DNA of 63,859 bases, the filler included, from Lama guanicoe (lineage: Eukaryota), in assembly GCA_013239625.1 (NCBI GenBank). It is 207 parts of 207 records of this genome, joined end to end, with 100 filler letters (N's around TTAATTAATTAA, not from the genome) between each part and the next. Parts side by side here need not be neighbours in the genome. Positions count along the whole stretch, not along the records: positions 52,527 to 52,735 come from PNXV01035370.1; positions 52,836 to 53,044 come from PNXV01035371.1; positions 53,145 to 53,353 come from PNXV01035372.1; positions 53,454 to 53,662 come from PNXV01035373.1; positions 53,763 to 53,971 come from PNXV01035374.1; positions 54,072 to 54,280 come from PNXV01035375.1; positions 54,381 to 54,589 come from PNXV01035376.1; positions 54,690 to 54,898 come from PNXV01035377.1; 199 more parts are not named here. One strand, given 5' to 3'. The notes under the pieces were generated by a model. That model did no database searches, was not told the DNA's origin, and saw nothing but the letters and a program-made list of their open reading frames with translations. Every line of letters starts with the position of its first letter. The first letter of the stretch is position 1. Below are positions 52,527 through 63,859 of the stretch, one piece after another. The position numbers and the translations under genes are program-made.

Positions 52527-52735
52527 CCAGCCCCTCCCCCAGAGTAGCTGGAATAATCCCCACACGTGTTGGCATTTGAAGTTGCTGAGCCCGTAGAACT
52601 AGCCCTGGCCTCGCGGCCGCGCCCCCGTCTGGGTGAGATGGCCCGCCCTCCGCCCGGAGTGCGCGTCCCTGAATAAAGCTGCCTCTACTCAACTACGACT
52701 CGCTCTCGAATTCTCTTCTGTGCGAAGCTAAGGAC
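52527..52735 (+). mobile_element. CpG-rich ERV1-type LTR (R/U5 region)
   Basis: AATAAA at 52672-52677 followed by actcgctctcgaattctcttctgtgcgaagctaaggac, typical of ERV1 LTR U5. Confidence 0.65.
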
Positions 52736-53159
52736 NNNNNNNNNNNNNNNNNNNNNNNNNNNNNNNNNNNNNNNNNNNNTTAATTAATTAANNNNNNNNN
52801 NNNNNNNNNNNNNNNNNNNNNNNNNNNNNNNNNNNATTCATCATTGGAATTGTCCAAGTGAAATGAGCAGTTTACTCCCTGGACCGGTTCCATATTCAAA
52901 TGTGATCTTACTTGCCCGTTAAGATGAATCTCTGCAGACAGTGCAAATATTTGCCGTCTAACCAGGGTCCTTCATCCGCGTGCAGCGTCAGCAGCGTAAG
53001 ACCTTGGGATTTCTTGTTCTTTGGCACAGACGTGCATCCAGCCANNNNNNNNNNNNNNNNNNNNNNNNNNNNNNNNNNNNNNNNNNNNTTAATTAATTAA
53101 NNNNNNNNNNNNNNNNNNNNNNNNNNNNNNNNNNNNNNNNNNNNGAGGAGGAGTCGGTT

Positions 53160-53285
53160 TCTCTTTTCCTTAAATTGGACTGGTCTGTAATTTGCTGTGA
53201 TCAACAGAATGCAATTAAAGTGATACGGTACAACTTCTGATGGAGGCCTTAAGGGGCCTTTCAGGGTCTGTTTTCATTCTCCTAT
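53160..53285 (+). mobile_element. Old MaLR LTR (MLT1) fragment
   Basis: gtaatttgctgtgatcaacagaatgcaattaaagtgatacggtacaacttctga...ggccttaaggggcctt. Confidence 0.6.
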
Positions 53286-53307
53286 TACCTATTGACCCCA
53301 GTATAAA

Positions 53308-53353
53308 TGTTAGAGCAGGCAGATAGCTAGATATGAGCAGAAAAAGGGGGACA
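53308..53353 (+). mobile_element. Start of a second LTR
   Basis: tgttagagcaggcagatagctagatatgagcag has the TG start and resembles ERVL-type LTR 5' ends. Confidence 0.5.
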
Positions 53354-54178
53354 NNNNNNNNNNNNNNNNNNNNNNNNNNNNNNNNNNNNNNNNNNNNTTA
53401 ATTAATTAANNNNNNNNNNNNNNNNNNNNNNNNNNNNNNNNNNNNNNNNNNNNCCCTGTGCGTTCACTCACTTGTCACCATTTCTCTTTTCTGTGTTTTC
53501 CCTCCCAGACCTGGTTGAAGGGCAAGTTCCCTGTGGCATGAGAATGGATGCTTCAGCTTGGTCACCCCGGGGTCCTTTGTGCCTCTGAAGGACACTTTTG
53601 GGGAGATCCTGCTCCTGCTCTTTCCATGGAGAAACAGGGAACCGGACAGACTTGCCAACCTCNNNNNNNNNNNNNNNNNNNNNNNNNNNNNNNNNNNNNN
53701 NNNNNNTTAATTAATTAANNNNNNNNNNNNNNNNNNNNNNNNNNNNNNNNNNNNNNNNNNNNGGAAACACTACTAATGGATGTGTGTGCTGGTCTTTCCT
53801 CTGTAGCCATCAGTTAGGTGATTCTAGCAGTATCTTGTGGGACACTTACTCTGCTTTGGAATTTCAGTGAGCATGTAGGAACCGTGTAGAGGTGCCTGGG
53901 TGGGAACAAAAAACTCACGCAAGCAAGTTGTGCAAGGTGCCTGTGGGGCTTGAGTCCCTCTTACCATAGGGNNNNNNNNNNNNNNNNNNNNNNNNNNNNN
54001 NNNNNNNNNNNNNNNTTAATTAATTAANNNNNNNNNNNNNNNNNNNNNNNNNNNNNNNNNNNNNNNNNNNNTGCAAATTTGTCAAGGCCACTCAATAAAA
54101 ATTCAATATATAAAATCAGTCACCCTTAATACCAGCAACAAATAATTATAAAATAAATATAAAATAAATTACAGTTTA

Positions 54179-54280
54179 GGGGGGAGGGTATATCTCGGAG
54201 GTAGAGTGAATGCTTAGCAAGCACAAGGTCCTGGGTTCAAAGCCCAGTACATCCATTAAAAAAAATAATAAATAAACTTA
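54179..54280 (+). mobile_element. tRNA-derived SINE (camelid Vic-1-like) with A-rich tail, next to old L1 sequence
   Basis: ggggagggtatatctcggaggtagagtgaatgcttagcaagcacaaggtcctgggttcaaagcccagtacatccattaaaaaaaataataaataaac has A box, B box and A-rich tail. Confidence 0.85.
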
Positions 54281-54689
54281 NNNNNNNNNNNNNNNNNNNN
54301 NNNNNNNNNNNNNNNNNNNNNNNNTTAATTAATTAANNNNNNNNNNNNNNNNNNNNNNNNNNNNNNNNNNNNNNNNNNNNTTTCTAAACTATGATCAAAG
54401 TAAATATATACATATGAACAGGAAACACCATCTCCCCGATCTGGCGGCAGCGGGGTGACCGTATCGTGTGCGCACACCCTTCTCCAGGATGAGAATAACT
54501 GTCCGCTTACGACTTTCTTGAAGAGGCCAGGGGGTGGCCTGCCATTCTCCCACGGGGTGTTCAGGAACACTGCTTCTGATCACACTCACNNNNNNNNNNN
54601 NNNNNNNNNNNNNNNNNNNNNNNNNNNNNNNNNTTAATTAATTAANNNNNNNNNNNNNNNNNNNNNNNNNNNNNNNNNNNNNNNNNNNN

Positions 54690-54898
54690 CGTCGTGGGTC
54701 CCGGTTCGTCCGGGCGCTCCCGCACTGCGCGTGCTCGTCACGCCTCCGCCCTCCTCCCACGCCCCCGCCCTCCTCCCACGCCCCAGGCGTCCCGGTGCCA
54801 CGCACCTTCACAAGGCGTCCTCCGCACGCGGGGCAGACCCCGCCGGCTCGTAACGGACCTCGTGAAAAGGACAGAACGGGCTAGGGGTAGGGGGCCCT
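54690..54898. promoter_or_regulatory. CpG-island fragment with tandem GC-box unit
   Basis: Dense CpG. A 19-bp unit cacgcc(t/c)ccgccctcctcc starts at 54739 and 54758, with a partial copy at 54777. Confidence 0.6.
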
Positions 54899-54998
54899 NN
54901 NNNNNNNNNNNNNNNNNNNNNNNNNNNNNNNNNNNNNNNNNNTTAATTAATTAANNNNNNNNNNNNNNNNNNNNNNNNNNNNNNNNNNNNNNNNNNNN

Positions 54999-55516
54999 AC
55001 ATAAATTGAACAACCATTTAAAATGTAACGGGAGGGAACGTCTTGGGCGTCGTCTGCTGGATTCTCTTTCCTAAAATCTATGCACTGAATCCAACCCAGG
55101 TTTCCCATCCCCACAAGATGACACTTAATATGCGCAAGTCTGGAATAAGATGTATCTTGGTGGCTGAATAATAATATTACTGAATAAGAGACACAGTTTT
55201 TGTAAACNNNNNNNNNNNNNNNNNNNNNNNNNNNNNNNNNNNNNNNNNNNNTTAATTAATTAANNNNNNNNNNNNNNNNNNNNNNNNNNNNNNNNNNNNN
55301 NNNNNNNACATAAATTGAACAACCATTTAAAATGTAACGGGAGGGAACGTCTTGGGTGTCGTCTGCTGGATTCTCTTTCCTAAAATCTATGCACTGAATC
55401 CAACCCTGGTTTCCCATCCCCACAAGATGACACTTTATATGCGCAAGTCTGGAATAAGATGTATCTCGGTGGCTGAATAATAATATTACTGAATAAGAGA
55501 CACAGTTTTTGTAAAC
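54999..55516. repeat. Near-identical contig pair 54999-55207 and 55308-55516 (assembly bubble)
   Basis: Four substitutions. 49 identical bases at each end. Confidence 0.95.
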
Positions 55517-55616
55517 NNNNNNNNNNNNNNNNNNNNNNNNNNNNNNNNNNNNNNNNNNNNTTAATTAATTAANNNNNNNNNNNNNNNNNNNNNNNNNNNN
55601 NNNNNNNNNNNNNNNN

Positions 55617-56443
55617 ATGTGGAGACCCGTTCATCCATGAAGTCTACAGGCCAGAGTTACATCTAAAAACACTTTCCCTGATTTCTCAGCATGTTCCTAG
55701 GGCCGTTTAAACATAAGAGCAGTTTGAATTGGAACACCGATTTGGAACGAAGGCTTCCCCTTATATTTATAGGTATGGCAGTGCCAATAACATGGAAAAT
55801 CTGTGTCATCAACAAAGTAGGTGAANNNNNNNNNNNNNNNNNNNNNNNNNNNNNNNNNNNNNNNNNNNNTTAATTAATTAANNNNNNNNNNNNNNNNNNN
55901 NNNNNNNNNNNNNNNNNNNNNNNNNAATGTTCTGTAATGCTTTGTTCAAAGCCCATGGGGAAATCGTTCTAAAAGTGATTTATGTGTGTGTGAGATTTAT
56001 CAAGATGATTAAATTCTCTAAAAAAAGTTTTCATAAATGCTTTTGATCTTTTCCTACTGTCACTTTTAAAGAGCATACTATTCTGTGATCTACTTGGTCC
56101 CCTGTCTCTGTGTAATGTCTCAATTTCTACTTACNNNNNNNNNNNNNNNNNNNNNNNNNNNNNNNNNNNNNNNNNNNNTTAATTAATTAANNNNNNNNNN
56201 NNNNNNNNNNNNNNNNNNNNNNNNNNNNNNNNNNATGTGGAGACCCGTTCATCCATGAAGTCTACAGGCCAGAGTTACATCTAGAAACACTTTCCCTGAT
56301 TTCTCAGCATGTTCCTAGGGCTGTTTAAACATAAAAGCAGTTTGAATTGGAACCCCAATTTGGAATGAAGTCTTCCCCTTATATTTATAGGTAGGGCAGT
56401 GCCAATAACATGGAAAATCTGTGTCATCAACAAAGTAGGTGAA
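55617..56443. repeat. Near-identical contig pair 55617-55825 and 56235-56443 (assembly bubble)
   Basis: Eight substitutions. 49 identical bases at each end. Confidence 0.95.
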
Positions 56444-59400
56444 NNNNNNNNNNNNNNNNNNNNNNNNNNNNNNNNNNNNNNNNNNNNTTAATTAATTAAN
56501 NNNNNNNNNNNNNNNNNNNNNNNNNNNNNNNNNNNNNNNNNNNATGTATTGAGAGAAAAACTGCAGGTTCGTATAGAGCACTGAGCCAGCCAGTACATCT
56601 TTCTCAAAGTCCTTGTAAATTCTAACAGGGCTTACACAGTCAATGCTGATTAAAATGTTCCCTTCATGGTTATTTTGGTCAGCTTTGCTTTACTTGAATT
56701 GGCTAAATCCATGATTAATTTGTTGTTGATTTCTTGGCCAAGAACACAACATNNNNNNNNNNNNNNNNNNNNNNNNNNNNNNNNNNNNNNNNNNNNTTAA
56801 TTAATTAANNNNNNNNNNNNNNNNNNNNNNNNNNNNNNNNNNNNNNNNNNNNGTGAGTGGCTTAGAAGCCTCTTTCCTGGCCCCTGCACAGGAACGAGAC
56901 AGTCCCAGCCCCCTGGGAGGCGCCCCTGGGGCTGAAGGCCTGCTCACATAGCAAGAGAAGGGTCGATCCCAGGGCAGTGATCAAAGACTAAAGTCTGGTC
57001 ACGGTGAGACAGAGGGAGGGGGCAGGGCACAGCCAGCCAAGGGATGGCCCAGCCATTAGCANNNNNNNNNNNNNNNNNNNNNNNNNNNNNNNNNNNNNNN
57101 NNNNNTTAATTAATTAANNNNNNNNNNNNNNNNNNNNNNNNNNNNNNNNNNNNNNNNNNNNGAGGGCTTCTTGCCAGCAGCACAGGCTCCGAGGGACAGT
57201 GGGACCTGGCAAAACCCCCTAGCCTGGCACATCTTCTCAGCGCCGCTCCATCAGTTGCTCCCTGGGATCCCGCTGACCTCAGATCGGAATTCTCCCTGGC
57301 CTTGCAGACCCCACCCTGGGGGTGACTTGGTCGTGCTGGTTTGGGCCAGGCTGGGCTGTGCCCTGAGAGGNNNNNNNNNNNNNNNNNNNNNNNNNNNNNN
57401 NNNNNNNNNNNNNNTTAATTAATTAANNNNNNNNNNNNNNNNNNNNNNNNNNNNNNNNNNNNNNNNNNNNCAGGCACTGTGGGGACTGCCGATTCAGCCA
57501 CCTGTGTCACTCACAAAGATGTCCACGGTAAAGGCCTGTTCTCTGAGACACCAGCTGTAATCCAGCTGCTTGTGGGGCCTGAACTGCAGAAGTCCACACA
57601 TCTGCCTGGATCCACCCTCATACCCCGTAAGGTACCACGTCAACCACCTAGACTGGACGCAAAACACCCTACCTTGCTGNNNNNNNNNNNNNNNNNNNNN
57701 NNNNNNNNNNNNNNNNNNNNNNNTTAATTAATTAANNNNNNNNNNNNNNNNNNNNNNNNNNNNNNNNNNNNNNNNNNNNCGCTGGTTCCCTGCACCTCCA
57801 GCCACCTCCCTGGCGCTCTCTCTCATTAGCACGTCCAAGTTCAACGTCTGGAACACGAAATCGATGCCAGTATCTCCCCCTAAAATTGGCTCCCCCGTGT
57901 TGTCCTTCATCGTCCCTGGCTCCTCGGCTGAAACCTGGAGTCACAGTGAGCATAGCCACGTCATCCTCACGGTCGTCCTGAAAGACAGNNNNNNNNNNNN
58001 NNNNNNNNNNNNNNNNNNNNNNNNNNNNNNNNTTAATTAATTAANNNNNNNNNNNNNNNNNNNNNNNNNNNNNNNNNNNNNNNNNNNNGTCCCAGTGTGT
58101 GTTTTGTCTCCAGAGTGTTTTTCGGAGCCCATTACAGAGAGGAGATGGCTGAATGGGCTGTCGGGTGGGGTTGTCATGCAGGAACCTGATGATTGGGGTC
58201 AGCACGCAGTTGGCCTCTACCAGCTACCGGGTCGGGGTGTGGCTGTCTTGGCCCAACTGCTTAGCTTTCCTGGTCATAAATTTGACCAGTAGCTTTGNNN
58301 NNNNNNNNNNNNNNNNNNNNNNNNNNNNNNNNNNNNNNNNNTTAATTAATTAANNNNNNNNNNNNNNNNNNNNNNNNNNNNNNNNNNNNNNNNNNNNGTG
58401 TGTGTGTGTGAAACTTAGTTATCAGCCTACTGTTATAAGCTAATATAAATTCCTTCTCATTGCAAATAATCTTAATTTCAACGATAGGAGTATAACCTTT
58501 ATTCTTCCTAGTTTTCCTTGCTAGGAAAGATTAAATGTGGATCCTTTTTCACTTGTTCAGGACATGTCTTTCAGCTCCAGATTCTGGCTATTTCTTGAAT
58601 CCTGGANNNNNNNNNNNNNNNNNNNNNNNNNNNNNNNNNNNNNNNNNNNNTTAATTAATTAANNNNNNNNNNNNNNNNNNNNNNNNNNNNNNNNNNNNNN
58701 NNNNNNTGACCGCACAACCCAGTGTATTCACTTTTGCCTCTCTTGAGATGTGGAACAAAATTTCACAAAATAGTACGCACCGTTATTAATCTACAATGCT
58801 CTATTCTACTATTTTTCTTTTTCTTTCCTTTTTAAAAATTCTGATTTGGATTCACTAAATTTATTTCAAAAGCTATTAATGTTCCCAACTCTCCGTCTGA
58901 AAACAGTTTACTTAGNNNNNNNNNNNNNNNNNNNNNNNNNNNNNNNNNNNNNNNNNNNNTTAATTAATTAANNNNNNNNNNNNNNNNNNNNNNNNNNNNN
59001 NNNNNNNNNNNNNNNGGTGGCCAACTCAGGTAGTGACTGGAATAGGGTGCCCAGGCTGGGTAGTTAACAAGTAAAGGAAGAGTAAATAATTGCAGCATTG
59101 CAGGTGGACTACAGATTTGGCGGTAGAGACCACTGCCTGTGCACGCGAAGGCTGAGAGGGCAGCAGAATACTTTTTGTGATGCAGACCTTCCATGCTTGG
59201 ACCGACAGCCGGGGAGAAACCCCCNNNNNNNNNNNNNNNNNNNNNNNNNNNNNNNNNNNNNNNNNNNNTTAATTAATTAANNNNNNNNNNNNNNNNNNNN
59301 NNNNNNNNNNNNNNNNNNNNNNNNGACGCTTGCAAATGAACACAGGCGCACAAGGAGCGGCTGATGAGGGCACGCGGGTGAGCAGTTTAGACAGGAGTCT

Positions 59401-60560
59401 TCCATGCGAGACGGGTGGGCAGACCTCAGGAGGAAGACAGGCTCCCTTCCCCCAGCAGACGCTTCTGGAAACGCATGTCCACTTCCAAGCCCCCACCTCT
59501 TAACCGTCTAGCACACCAACCCCAAGGACAGTGNNNNNNNNNNNNNNNNNNNNNNNNNNNNNNNNNNNNNNNNNNNNTTAATTAATTAANNNNNNNNNNN
59601 NNNNNNNNNNNNNNNNNNNNNNNNNNNNNNNNNATGGAAAAGATCTCCTTAACTCATAGTTCAAGGTTATAAAAGTGGGTTGGTCTCCCCTTCTCATAAT
59701 CACATTAAAATGGTAGAATTTAATTTTAGGAGCCCCAATTCCTAATCAAAAACAAAAGAAGAGGCCCATCCATGGATGAGAGATCTCAACTTATTTATGG
59801 TAGAGTCAGTGGACAAAGACTGAAAGATGGAGAAACTGAGGGNNNNNNNNNNNNNNNNNNNNNNNNNNNNNNNNNNNNNNNNNNNNTTAATTAATTAANN
59901 NNNNNNNNNNNNNNNNNNNNNNNNNNNNNNNNNNNNNNNNNNATTAGAAAAACAGTCTTATGAGCTGCGCAGAAGGCAATGAGGAATTCACATTAGGATG
60001 GTGACATCTCTAAAGCCCCAGCCCCTGCAATGATCGGGTCTCGTCTTTGGTATATTCACCCTGTGCAGAGTACTTTAAAAAGCACGATGAATGCACTGTT
60101 TCATTTGATTTTCAACAATCCTATGATGCAGGTACTATTATGCTTTTCATTNNNNNNNNNNNNNNNNNNNNNNNNNNNNNNNNNNNNNNNNNNNNTTAAT
60201 TAATTAANNNNNNNNNNNNNNNNNNNNNNNNNNNNNNNNNNNNNNNNNNNNTACAGATAAGCTGTTCATCCATCAGCTTTTTTGCTGAAGCCAATAATAT
60301 TATACAATCCCGCTAACATTTCCTTCTTTGGGGACAGATCATTGGTGATATGTTACCAATGAATTTGTGTTCTTTGAGTAACTTGTGTCTTTAAAATAAC
60401 TTACAAAACAGTAGCAAATTACAAATCTTGTGGGCTACTTTTAAGGTACTTAGAGCATTCNNNNNNNNNNNNNNNNNNNNNNNNNNNNNNNNNNNNNNNN
60501 NNNNTTAATTAATTAANNNNNNNNNNNNNNNNNNNNNNNNNNNNNNNNNNNNNNNNNNNN

Positions 60561-60740
60561 GAGCCAGATTCCCAGCTCCTTCACTAATAGGCTGTGTGCC
60601 TCTGAGCCTTAGCTTCTTCAGCCATGAAGTTGGGGTAATAACGCTAATGCCTCCCTCATATGTTTTATGAAGATTAAGTGAGCTAATGTTTATAAAATAT
60701 TTAGAAAAGTGCTTGGTTCGTAGAAAGTTTTATTAAATAA
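60561..60740 (+). mobile_element. MIR SINE
   Basis: attcccagctccttcactaataggctgtgtg...cctctgagccttagcttcttca...gaagattaagtgagctaatgtttataaa. Confidence 0.85.
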
Positions 60741-61869
60741 AACCTATCCCCTATACTTCAATAATATATNNNNNNNNNNNNNNNNNNNNNNNNNNNNNNN
60801 NNNNNNNNNNNNNTTAATTAATTAANNNNNNNNNNNNNNNNNNNNNNNNNNNNNNNNNNNNNNNNNNNNCTAACATGCTCATTGTCTCACACTTCAACAT
60901 CTCTGACATGGGAAGGCAGTTTAAAATTCATGTCTTACAGCCATAGTTGGCAGCTCCTCCCAGGCCCGCCACGCCCCGCTGCTGTTACCTGTTCTTCCTG
61001 TCTCTGCTGTCTACGACATTTTTCTTACAAGACAGCAACTCCTCCACTGTACAACTGGCACCTAAATATGCGGCTCTGNNNNNNNNNNNNNNNNNNNNNN
61101 NNNNNNNNNNNNNNNNNNNNNNTTAATTAATTAANNNNNNNNNNNNNNNNNNNNNNNNNNNNNNNNNNNNNNNNNNNNGTTGGTTGCTTTTTTTGTTTGG
61201 CTTACTTAAATCACTCTCTTCTGGTTATTTCATTCTGAGAATGTACCTTGTGCTTTCGATGGATAATTGGGAGGCAATCTGGTTTAATCACAAAATATTT
61301 AAAGAAACATCTCCTAGGGTGAGTTATGATAAAAATGTCCATCTGTTATCTTTCGATTTTCTATTTCTTTCTGTTTCCAAGGGTGATNNNNNNNNNNNNN
61401 NNNNNNNNNNNNNNNNNNNNNNNNNNNNNNNTTAATTAATTAANNNNNNNNNNNNNNNNNNNNNNNNNNNNNNNNNNNNNNNNNNNNGCTGGGTCATCCC
61501 ATTTTAAAGAGAGCAAAAAGAAAATTGAACAGGATGCGAAGGAAATTATTTAATACAATTAAGTACTTGGAAAATAGAAACCCCCTCCTTCAAGAAAGAA
61601 AGATTAAATGATTTGAAATTATTTAGGGTATAGAAGAGGCAGCTGAATAGAATTTTAATGATAGTAATAAGACTCCATTAATTTAGTGTCTGGTGGNNNN
61701 NNNNNNNNNNNNNNNNNNNNNNNNNNNNNNNNNNNNNNNNTTAATTAATTAANNNNNNNNNNNNNNNNNNNNNNNNNNNNNNNNNNNNNNNNNNNNCTTC
61801 CCTAGGCTCCCAGGCAAGGACCTGACAGGTTTTCTCTCCACCTATTAGCTTGATGAAGCATCTGAACAT

Positions 61870-61950
61870 CTGTAGCAGATTAGTGGGGTTCTCCCCATTT
61901 CTCAGATGAGAACACTGAGGCTCATAGACAGTGAAATGGCTTGTTCAGGG
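61870..61950 (-). mobile_element. MIR fragment
   Basis: ctccccatttctcagatgagaacactgaggctcatagacagtgaaatggcttgttcagggtca. Confidence 0.75.
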
Positions 61951-63859
61951 TCAGCCGGCTATTTACAGTTCACCTCCCCAAACAGAACGTGAGCTGCTCA
62001 CAGACNNNNNNNNNNNNNNNNNNNNNNNNNNNNNNNNNNNNNNNNNNNNTTAATTAATTAANNNNNNNNNNNNNNNNNNNNNNNNNNNNNNNNNNNNNNN
62101 NNNNNCTGCTTTGAAATTATGTTTTGTATACTCCTATGTGGAAAAGAAAATGGCGAAAAAAGTCTTACTGTCGGTTAACATTTTAAGAGCAATCAAGAGC
62201 CCGTCAGGTGACATGTATACACGTACATAGGTATGTATACACACATACACATGTTACCATTATCAAAAAAAAATCTCGATGAAAATGTCCAAACCTTCTA
62301 AGACTACTAACTCCNNNNNNNNNNNNNNNNNNNNNNNNNNNNNNNNNNNNNNNNNNNNTTAATTAATTAANNNNNNNNNNNNNNNNNNNNNNNNNNNNNN
62401 NNNNNNNNNNNNNNAGCAACCACGAGTCACCAAAATCCAGGGCTGACGTTCAGAGACATGGAACAAGAAGACACCCCACGGGTCACTGACAGAGATCCCC
62501 AACACATGGCTATTTCTGTTCTCAGCAGATGGTGGCGCCCCCATGTGGCAGCAGCGTTAAATACAGGAACACACAGCCTGCAGGGAGCTAAGCAGGGACC
62601 GAACACACTCCAAAGGTGGCATCNNNNNNNNNNNNNNNNNNNNNNNNNNNNNNNNNNNNNNNNNNNNTTAATTAATTAANNNNNNNNNNNNNNNNNNNNN
62701 NNNNNNNNNNNNNNNNNNNNNNNGATAATTATCCATCAGTGCTGAGCACAATCTGGAGTCCCAGAAACAGACGGTCATTTGCAGATTACGGTCGACATAC
62801 AAAATTCCTGGGTGTCAGTTGTTTGTACAGATACACGACATACACATATGTGTCCTTTTCTTGAAAGATTCATATGCTTCAGGTGGAAAGGTCAGACCTT
62901 CAGAGAGAATCCTGTGCCCCTGGCCCTGCTCCNNNNNNNNNNNNNNNNNNNNNNNNNNNNNNNNNNNNNNNNNNNNTTAATTAATTAANNNNNNNNNNNN
63001 NNNNNNNNNNNNNNNNNNNNNNNNNNNNNNNNGACCTGGCCAGACACGAGAGAGGGGAGCCCCATGGCCAGCCACAGCCTCGGCGCCCCTTGCCCTCGGC
63101 CTGCCTCCCCTCTCCCGGCTGCAGGCTGTACCCCGGCAGAGGCTGGCATGAGTTCGGCTCTTTCTACTTGAGCTGGCCTGGCAGAGGGGCCACGCTAATC
63201 TGGCCTGACAGTGCCCGTCTGCAGGGAGCACCCCAGACCCCNNNNNNNNNNNNNNNNNNNNNNNNNNNNNNNNNNNNNNNNNNNNTTAATTAATTAANNN
63301 NNNNNNNNNNNNNNNNNNNNNNNNNNNNNNNNNNNNNNNNNTACTTTTCCCATTCAACTGTTTGTATATTTTTATCTTCTTATGATTTTAGAATGCCTTT
63401 TGTATCTGATTTTGTATGGATAAATACATTAATATATAGGTACATTATATATTAATAATAGGTACGTTAATCAGATTGATTTGTTTTCCAAAGATAAATA
63501 TTTTAAATTAGTTAGCCTGATGGTTGCTCAGACAGAAACAGTCTTGTGGANNNNNNNNNNNNNNNNNNNNNNNNNNNNNNNNNNNNNNNNNNNNTTAATT
63601 AATTAANNNNNNNNNNNNNNNNNNNNNNNNNNNNNNNNNNNNNNNNNNNNCAGAAACACAGACATTTGTTCATCTGGTAGAGCAAGATGACAAATAGAAG
63701 TCAAAGTACTAGGGAAGGAACATTTGGGAACAAGATTTTTAAATAACAGTGCACTTCAAGTCATGACTTTCTTCGTGATAAACATCAGGAATAAACTAAA
63801 TATCTGACCATCTTAACTGAAGCATCTGAACAAGAATAGAATCTTTGCTAATAAGGTAA

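Noticed and set aside
54179..54255. Functional tRNA gene
   Set aside because: The stems are degenerate, an A-rich tail follows, and a second diverged copy is present. It is a SINE.

Overview
This window is not contiguous genomic DNA. It is an artificial concatenation of 207 short, unrelated contigs: 204 are 209 bp, two are 208 bp (619-826, 43258-43465) and one is 207 bp (19467-19673). They are joined by 206 identical 100-bp linkers (N44-TTAATTAATTAA-N44) that put stop codons in all six frames. This looks like the length-sorted tail of an unplaced-contig pseudomolecule from a short-read assembly. Three near-identical contig pairs share exactly 49 bp at both ends, the signature of unpopped de Bruijn bubbles. 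The source is a placental mammal, most likely a camelid, because it carries two Vic-1-like tRNA-derived SINEs. Content is mainly fragments of L1, L2, MIR, MaLR/ERV LTRs and Tigger/hAT DNA transposons, plus two satellite types and two CpG-island pieces. The only confidently recognised cellular-gene sequence is a 69-codon open FOXK2 FHA-region fragment (41095-41303, minus strand). It appears to run across the exon 1/2 junction without an intron, suggesting a retrocopy. Almost all ORFs in the supplied track are linker artefacts. I find no support for a CRISPR array or a novel multi-gene system, and adjacency between fragments has no biological meaning. Repeat-family names come from recalled consensus sequences, not database searches.
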